Below are positions 62,277 to 64,000 of a DNA stretch of 64,000 nt, in pieces. Below the pieces are notes generated by a model, which saw nothing but the letters and a program-made list of their open reading frames with translations, made no database searches and was not told where the DNA came from. The DNA is taken from NCBI GenBank assembly GCA_964270895.1, contig OZ185439.1; one strand, written 5' to 3'. The position numbers and the translations under genes are program-made. Each line of letters opens with the position of its first letter. The first letter of the stretch is position 1. The DNA comes from Podarcis filfolensis. Taxonomy: Eukaryota.

Positions 62277-64000
62277 CTCTTACTGAACCAAGTTAATAGA
62301 ATGCGACAGAACCCAGTGATTTGGTGAAGATCCAATGGTTGGGAGTTCCTGTGCTGCAAATCTTCGAGATTTTTTTTTTAAAAAAACCTTATCTCTAATT
62401 TTTTAGTTTTCCAAGGAAAAATGATGGATAGAGATGCAAATCCAAAATGAGCTTTCTATCATTTAAAGCCTTATACTATCAGCAAAAATAGGATGTCACT
62501 CCTAGGACCATAAATCCCCCAGCTGAGTGTGTGTTTCAGTATTACAGATACCGTGTTAGGTGGCATACTGCAGGTTATCAGTGAAGCATCTGCATCTGGT
62601 ACAGAATTTAATTCATGCCTGCTGTCCTCTTGCTGTCAGTTTTATAAGCCCAAACTGATAGCGTTTTTCTGTGATTTTGATTCTTTCTAACAAAACAAAA
62701 CAAAAAAAGTTTGCCTGATTTTTTGCAACAGTCTTTCCATATCACTTACATATGGGACTGTTCATGTCATTCAAACTTTCTGGATATCTGGAAGTCATTC
62801 CGCTACAGGTATCATTTCTGCAGATTGAAATGGAAGTGCAAGTGCAATTGAATAGAGGAAAGTCAAAGGAGGGAAGAAAAATATGCCCAATGGCACCAAA
62901 TAATGACTGGACTGAAGAAGAAAGTGTGAGTGAGACATCAGATGGCAACTAGTACTTTTCACCTCATTTGCTTGTTACCTTGCCACTTCCTTACTCTACT
63001 TTGGTGAGTGCAATGCTGTTTTATTGATTCCTCTCACATTCTAGAAAAACACAAATATTCTAGAATAAGAACAATTTCACTATTTTGTAACTACCAGCTC
63101 TGTCCATTCTAACCTTCTATTAAGTGAAAGAAAGAAAACTATTTGTTATCAAATTTTTGCTCACAGGGCTAAACGCCAGTGTTTTCTCACCTCCAGCAGT
63201 AAGGTTCTAACACACTGTATGTGGTTTCCCCCTATTGTTGTTCTTTGTTTTGCAATAATCATTCTTTTTAATGCATTTTTAATAAACAAGATTCTTTGGA
63301 GAGAATCTTGAAATGATGCTACAGACAGCAGACAGAATGCCTTGTCCTAAAACACTTTCTCTTGTCATGTTGGTAGTTTTAGCAGATAAAAGAAGCCGGG
63401 CTTTGGGCACTGTATGTTTTACTCTATACATTATATAAATGTGTATAATAAAGAAGAGTGCCTGCTCTGCTCAGTTCAGTTCAATGCAAATACAAAGGGG
63501 AAAAAAGTAGATAAGTTGGAAGCAGGTTCGTATTTAACCCTTGTATGTTGCAAGATATTTTTATATGTAGATTGGTTTTGGGTTCAGCATAATGGTCTAT
63601 TTGAAGTGGAACATAGCTCTTAGTTAACAGTGAAAGTGATAAGTTGTCTAAAGCCCTGTTTAGACAGACAGAGCTTATTTGGCATCCGCATTAAGCTGTT
63701 TGACAAAATGTTTCGAATGTAATTAGTTCACATCAAAGGTACACCATCTTCAGTGACGGGTAAAATTGATGAGAACTAAAGAGACTTAGATCAGCATGAA
63801 TGGAGGCCTTGGGTTTCAAGGTTTTAGTGTTGTTACATTAAAAAAAGTAAATCTGCTCTTTCAAACTAGAAGTTGTCTTTAATATTTGGTAGAATTTCTG
63901 ACTTTATATTATGTTCTCTATGTTGTTCTTTTGTCTTCTTAAACTTTCAAGACAGTGCACCCCAAACAGATACAATTTTCATCATGATTGTAAAACATTA

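Larger units (their letters stand above)
30316..64000 (+). other. TCF7L2: TCF7L2 intron downstream of the 102-bp exon (3' boundary outside window)
   Basis: Starts GTAAGT; the next constitutive exon (SNKVPVVQHPHHVHP...) was not found in the window or the ORF track. Confidence 0.8.

Noticed and set aside
221-64000. The many 60-170 aa ORFs in the track (e.g. 221-580, 2300-2776, 13934-14440, 27986-28369, 34184-34573, 37446-37811, 48023-48466)
   Set aside because: No recognisable protein family; most overlap microsatellites, SINEs, MITEs or LINE remnants, and the lengths are as expected by chance.
1-64000. CRISPR arrays, rRNA or prokaryotic systems
   Set aside because: Vertebrate intronic DNA; no regularly spaced repeat-spacer array or rRNA-like sequence seen.

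Overview
Vertebrate genomic DNA from a squamate, most likely a lacertid lizard (inferred from Sauria SINEs, a BovB tail and typical lizard MITEs). The window lies inside the TCF7L2 gene (Wnt effector TCF-4) on the + strand. It has one recognisable coding exon, 30214-30315 (102 bp, phase 0/0, YLQMKWPLLDVQAGSLQSRQALKDARSPSPAHIV). About 30 kb of upstream intron and 34 kb of downstream intron flank it; in human these introns carry the type-2-diabetes enhancer variants and, further downstream, the dominant-negative promoters. The rest is non-coding: Sauria and other SINEs, BovB, CR1, L1, L2, a Penelope-like fragment, Tc1/mariner and hAT MITEs, microsatellites, and repeat-poor stretches that look regulatory. 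Almost all listed ORFs appear to be chance ORFs or TE remnants. I found no wholly new system I can support. The best leads are a candidate in-frame 102-bp cassette exon (62824-62925), TCF/LEF sites suggesting autoregulation (with a possible intronic dominant-negative first exon near 11.7 kb), repeated HNF1/ONECUT motif pairs, and a Penelope-like fold-back carrying a hammerhead-ribozyme core motif. All family assignments are from recalled consensus sequences, not database searches.
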